DNA of 64,000 nt from Eutreptiella sp. 'Long Island Sound 2002' (taxonomy: Eukaryota; Protista; Euglenida). The stretch is from contig OZ038378.1 of NCBI GenBank assembly GCA_964036045.1, forward strand, positions 7,068,001-7,132,000, read 5' to 3'. Shown here in pieces: positions 55,301 through 61,300 of the stretch. The notes under the pieces are model-generated. The model was not told the DNA's origin, ran no database searches, and saw only the letters and a program-made list of their open reading frames with translations. Positions within the stretch are counted from its first letter, which is position 1, and every line of letters begins with the position of its first letter. The position numbers and the translations under genes are program-made.

Positions 55301-58300
55301 ACCAGCCGGTTGTGTACAATCCCCCCCCACACCCAATATCCGTAAAAAACACAGAAATACAACCTAAACCATGCCTTACATGGCAGGTGTTTTGAGACTC
55401 AATAATCTTTTGGTTTTTTTCAATTTTGAGCCGAAAAAGTTTTTTGGGTCCCGCCTCCATAGGGTTTGCGTGGAGCGGAGTGGGATGCAGTTTTCACTAA
55501 GTCGGTGTTGTTGGCGATCTTAGTTACCTATGGTACCCACTCTAAGGGGTGCAAATGGGGATGTTGTGACAGCATATGCGTACTAGGATCCAAAAGGATG
55601 TTTTTGCAGTCTCTAGCCTTGCCTTGGGCCGGTCAAGGCCCGTGTGAAAGACGCGAAATCCCCAGTTCCACCAATAATGGTTTGCATTTGTGCATTGGCT
55701 GGTACACAACCTGCTTCTGCAATTTTTTGCGCTAGGCAGTTGTTTCGACCCCAAAAAGGGGGTTCATTTTTTCAGCATTTTTGCCCCCCCCCAAATTAGG
55801 GTTGGGGGGGGGGGTTTGAGGACCAAAAACTCAATAGGAGATGCGCTTATTGGACAAAACAATGATTTTACATGAGGTTAAACAAAAAATTCAACCCCTT
55901 GAGGTAGGTGCATGGATAGGCCCAAAAGGGGGGTATGTAGCGCTTTCCCCTCTTTGCGGGCCTGCCTTGGCTGAGATCTAACAACCTTTGCGAGGTGATT
56001 TCAAGTGCCACACATCTTAGCTTGAAAATAGCAAAGTCCTCACTTGCATGGGCCCATAGTGGGGGACAAATGGAGTTTGGACCCGGGACCCTGCCATTGG
56101 TTAGGGCTTGCACAAGATAAGAGTTGTTTAGGGCCTGGGTCCAAATCAACGCACAGCGGCCGCAGTACTCAAAGAAATTTTGACCCCCCCCCCCCCACCC
56201 TTGCCCTCCCACAAAAAAAAGCCAATATCCCCCTTGGTACCCCCCCCCCCCCCCGCAACACCCAAACAGGGTGAAAAACACGCAAAAAGGGTCTAAAACA
56301 TGCTTTACATAGCATATTTCATCATTGTAAGTGGTCACAATATCAAAAAAATGTTTACCAAGGCACACAAGCACCAGCGGCCGCGAAACACAGGACGATA
56401 GTGCTTCCGCAGTTCAGAGTAATGCCCATTCGGGTTAGGGGGTCCATATACATGGAAAAAATTGTGCAGGACCCGAGTCTAAATCAACGCAGCGGTAACA
56501 ATATGCAAAGAACTGACCCCCCCACTCCCCGCCCTAAAAATTTGTACCCAGGAAATTGGGGGGGGGGGGGTAGAGGGGTTAAAATCGAAAAATCCATTGG
56601 GGGGCAATTTGTCTCCCAAAATGATGATTTCACAAGGCCTTAGATATCCAATATCATGCTTGGGGGGTATGCTACGCAAATGACCCCCAAATTAGGGCGG
56701 TCTTTGGCACCTGCTTCTGCACTTGATCTCTTCGAGTTGATTTGTGTGCCTTTGTAACCAAAAACTGCCTATGCAATTGTTGAGTCAATATCATTCACTT
56801 GCATATCTGTTCCAATCTCCAATACATTGCAGCATTTGTTTAAAGAAACACATGCACACAAACACACACGCTTGCCACCTGAACATTCATCATTTGCACA
56901 CCAACTAACTGCCCTGGATGGGTCGTGTGCATGTTATGAATGCTGACCTGAAAATTTCATCAGATTCTTTCACAGATGATAACAGGAAGCAAAACGCACT
57001 TCACTGGAGAAAACACAACATCCACGGGCCAGAGTCCCTGCCTTGAGGTATGCCACGTACTATCAAAAACTCCATTTGGAACTTTCTTCAACAGCACTTT
57101 CGGGGATCCTTTTCCAACAAAAATCAAGAACCACAGCAACACACAGAGGGCAACGGCCGACACACCTGTATTGGAAAGTATCGTTGCGAAAGGAGTTGCC
57201 CGTGTATGTATTCATTGTACCATAACCACCAAAGAAATATAGGCTTCCATTGCATGCAACTGCTGAGGCACGACTACAAAGGGGAAAAATATAGGGCCAC
57301 GCCAGCATAACCAAACAGAGATGGAGTTGCGCACCCTGGTACCCACTGTGGGATTTGCATCATCTGCGTATCATCATGACAGTTTGTGTACAGTTCTTTT
57401 TCTTCAAACCCTTGCGACGTCTGGTGTTTGGTCACTGTTTCTAGCACGGCGGGCACGCAGTAACAAGAAAAAAGCGACACAAATGGATGTACATTAAACA
57501 ACAATCAGCATGGATGCAAATTGTTCCATGCTGCAACCTCGTTCTGCAGCAAACCGTTGGTTCTATTGTGCTGGGGAGGGTTTTTTGCAACTATTTTGTG
57601 TCCTCAGTTTTTTTTGCACATTTTGTTAATTTGCACTCAGCATAATTTTTTTTGGCTGACTTTTGAGGTGCGACTGGTGCGCCGGATTGGTGCGCCGGAT
57701 TACCCATACACACAGTCAGACAACAGGACTCAGGAACAACCCTGGGATTTGGTGCATCCATGAGCTTGCTTCCCACATTGTGAATGTGTTGCCAAATGAG
57801 AGGGGATGCCAATGATCCCTAGAAACCCATGTTAAAACCAATATTTTTAATTTTTGGCCAAAAATTAATACGCTGACCGAAAATTGACCCTTTTTGGGGG
57901 GGGGGGTTGACGGGTTTAAATGGGAAAAACTCTAACCCCATGGGGTGCTCTACGGGATTGGGTGCCATTTTCACCCGAGGGTGGGCCGGGGGGGGGGGGG
58001 GGTCCTCACCAATTTCTTTGCGAAACAATATTAAAATGGTCCTCGGGCAGAAAACAATCCTTTTGCACATTTCCAGCTGCAGCACGTATCGCGTGCAGTT
58101 TTGATGGGTCAACCTCTTCTCACACCCTGATATGTCATAACTGCCATAGCGCATAATGCGCACCATTGAAATCTCATCATCATAACTGCCATAGCACACT
58201 ATGCCCACCATTGAAATCTCATCATCATCTCACCTGTTACAAATTGCACACCATTTGCAACCCACAGACCTTCAACATATGCCATGGATAAGTTTTCATC

Positions 58301-61300
58301 GGCTGTTTCCAAATCAGACAATCGAACCAAAATGGAATCATGGCACTCTGGTGCTCACCAGTGAAATTGCATCATTGTCCTTTGTAACGCTTACCAACAA
58401 CAGATTGCCCAGAACTGCAAAGCATCCAGCACTTGCATGCTCTTGACATGAACAAATCAATGTTGGGTGCGAACAAAAATTCTACTCCTGTTTCCAAATC
58501 AGACAATCGAACCAAAATGGAATCATGGCACTCTGGTGCTCACCAGTGAAATTGCATCATTGTCCTTTGTAACGCTTACCAACAACAGATTGCCCAGAAC
58601 TGCAAAGCATCCAGCACTTGCATGCTCTTGACATGAACAAATCAATGTTGGGTGCGAACAAAAATTCTACTCCTGTTTCCAAATCAGACAATCGAACCAA
58701 AATGGAATCATGGCACTCTGGTGCTCACCAGTGAAATTGCATCATTGTCCTTTGTAACGCTTACCAACAACAGATTGCCCAGAACTGCAAAGCATCCAGC
58801 ACTTGCATGCTCTTGACATGAACAAATCAATGTTGGGTGCAAACAAAAATTCTACTCCTGTTTCCAAATCAGACAATCGAACCAAAATGGAATCATGGCA
58901 CTCTGGTGCTCACCAGTGAAATTGCATCATTGTCCTTTGTAACGCTCACCAACAACAGATTGCCCAGAACTGCAAAGCATCCAGCACTTGCATGCTCTTG
59001 ACATGAACAAATCAATGTTGGGTGCGAACAAAAATTCTACTCCTGTTTCCAAATCAGACAATCGAACCAAAATGGAATCATGGCACTCTGGTGCTCACCA
59101 GTGAAATTGCATCATTGTCCTTTGTAACGCTCACCAACAACAGATTGCCCAGAACTGCAAAGCATCCAGCACTTGCATGCTCTTGACATGAACAAATCAA
59201 TGTTGGGTGCAAACAAAAATTCTACTCCTGTTTCCAAATCAGACAATCGAACCAAAATGGAATCATGGCACTCTGGTGCTCACCAGTGAAATTGCATCAT
59301 TGTCCTTTGTAACGCTCACCAACAACAGATTGCCCAGAACTGCAAAGCATCCAGCACTTGCATGCTCTTGACATGAACAAATCAATGTTGGGTGCGAACA
59401 AAAATTCTACTCCTGTCTCCAAATCAGACAATCGAACCAAAATGGAATCATGGCACTCTGGTGCTCACCAGTGAAATTGCATCATTGTCCTTTGTAACGC
59501 TCACCAACAACAGATTGCCCAGAACTGCAAAGCATCCAGCACTTGCATGCTCTTGACATGAACAAATCAATGTTGGGTGCGAACAAAAATTCTACTCCTG
59601 TTTCCAAATCAGACAATCGAACCAAAATGGAATCATGGCACTCTGGTGCTCACCAGTGAAATTGCATCATTGTCCTTTGTAACGCTTACCAACAACAGAT
59701 TGCCCAGAACTGCAAAGCATCCAGCACTTGCATGCTCTTGACATGAACAAATCAATGTTGGGTGCAAACAAAAATTCTACTCCTGTTTCCAAATCAGACA
59801 ATTGAACCAAAATGGAATCATGGCACTCTGGTGCTCACCAGTGAAATTGCATCATTGTCCTTTGTAACGCTCACCAACAACAGATTGCCCAGAACTGCAA
59901 AGCATCCAGCACTTGCATGCTCTTGACATGAACAAATCAATGTTGGGTGCGAACAAAAATTCTACTCCTGTTTCCAAATCAGACAATCGAACCAAAATGG
60001 AATCATGGCACTCTGGTGCTCACCAGTGAAATTGCATCATTGTCCTTTGTAACGCTCACCAACAACAGATTGCCCAGAACTGCAAAGCATCCAGCACTTG
60101 CATGCTCTTGACATGAACAAATCAATGTTGGGTGCGAACAAAAATTCTACTCCTGTTTCCAAATCAGACAATCGAACCAAAATGGAATCATGGCACTCTG
60201 GTGCTCACCAGTGAAATTGCATCATTGTCCTTTGTAACGCTTACCAACAACAGATTGCCCAGAACTGCAAAGCATCCAGCACTTGCATGCTCTTGACATG
60301 AACAAATCAATGTTGGGTGCGAACAAAAATTCTACTCCTGTTTCCAAATCAGACAATCGAACCAAAATGGAATCATGGCACTCTGGTGCTCACCAGTGAA
60401 ATTGCATCATTGTCCTTTGTAACGCTCACCAACAACAGATTGCCCAGAACTGCAAAGCATCCAGCACTTGCATGCTCTTGACATGAACAAATCAATGTTG
60501 GGTGCGAACAAAAATTCTACTCCTGTTTCCAAATCAGACAATCGAACCAAAATGGAATCATGGCACTCTGGTGCTCACCAGTGAAATTGCATCATTGTCC
60601 TTTGTAACGCTTACCAACAACAGATTGCCCAGAACTGCAAAGCATCCAGCACTTGCATGCTCTTGACATGAACAAATCAATGTTGGGTGCGAACAAAAAT
60701 TCTACTCCTGTCTCCAAATCAGACAATCGAACCAAAATGGAATCATGGCACTCTGGTGCTCACCAGTGAAATTGCATCATTGTCCTTTGTAACGCTCACC
60801 AACAACAGATTGCCCAGAACTGCAAAGCATCCAGCACTTGCATGCTCTTGACATGAACAAATCAATGTTGGGTGCGAACAAAAATTCTACTCCTGTCTCC
60901 AAATCAGACAATCGAACCAAAATGGAATCATGGCACTCTGGTGCTCACCAGTGAAATTGCATCATTGTCCTTTGTAACGCTTACCAACAACAGATTGCCC
61001 AGAACTGCAAAGCATCCAGCACTTGCATGCTCTTGACATGAACAAATCAATGTTGAGTTGAGTGCGAAAATTCCAATACATAGGGCTTTGACAGTTTCCA
61101 TAGTCCTGTTTCGAAATCAGACAATCGAACCAAAAAGGAATCATGACACTCCGGTGCTCACCAGTGAAATTTCATCACCATGTTTGGCTGAAGTCATAGT
61201 CTGCGGCAGATGTGCACGTTGGCAGATTGGTACACAGGCCCTTCAGGAATGAGGTGGCTTGCAGGGTCAAACTATATTGTGCATCTGAACCCCGCATCCC

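Noticed and set aside
58303-61055. CRISPR array, or 5S rRNA / spliced-leader RNA gene array
   Set aside because: Units are identical over their full length with no unique spacers. I found no 5S internal promoter or recognisable SL exon, and the context is eukaryotic.
57819-61200. WD40/Kelch-like peptides read from the array and its flank (YGSYDDEISMV, LSDFETGLW)
   Set aside because: The unit length is not a multiple of 3, frames contain stops, and the 'DDEIS' pattern is explained by C-box ATGATGA plus guide sequence.
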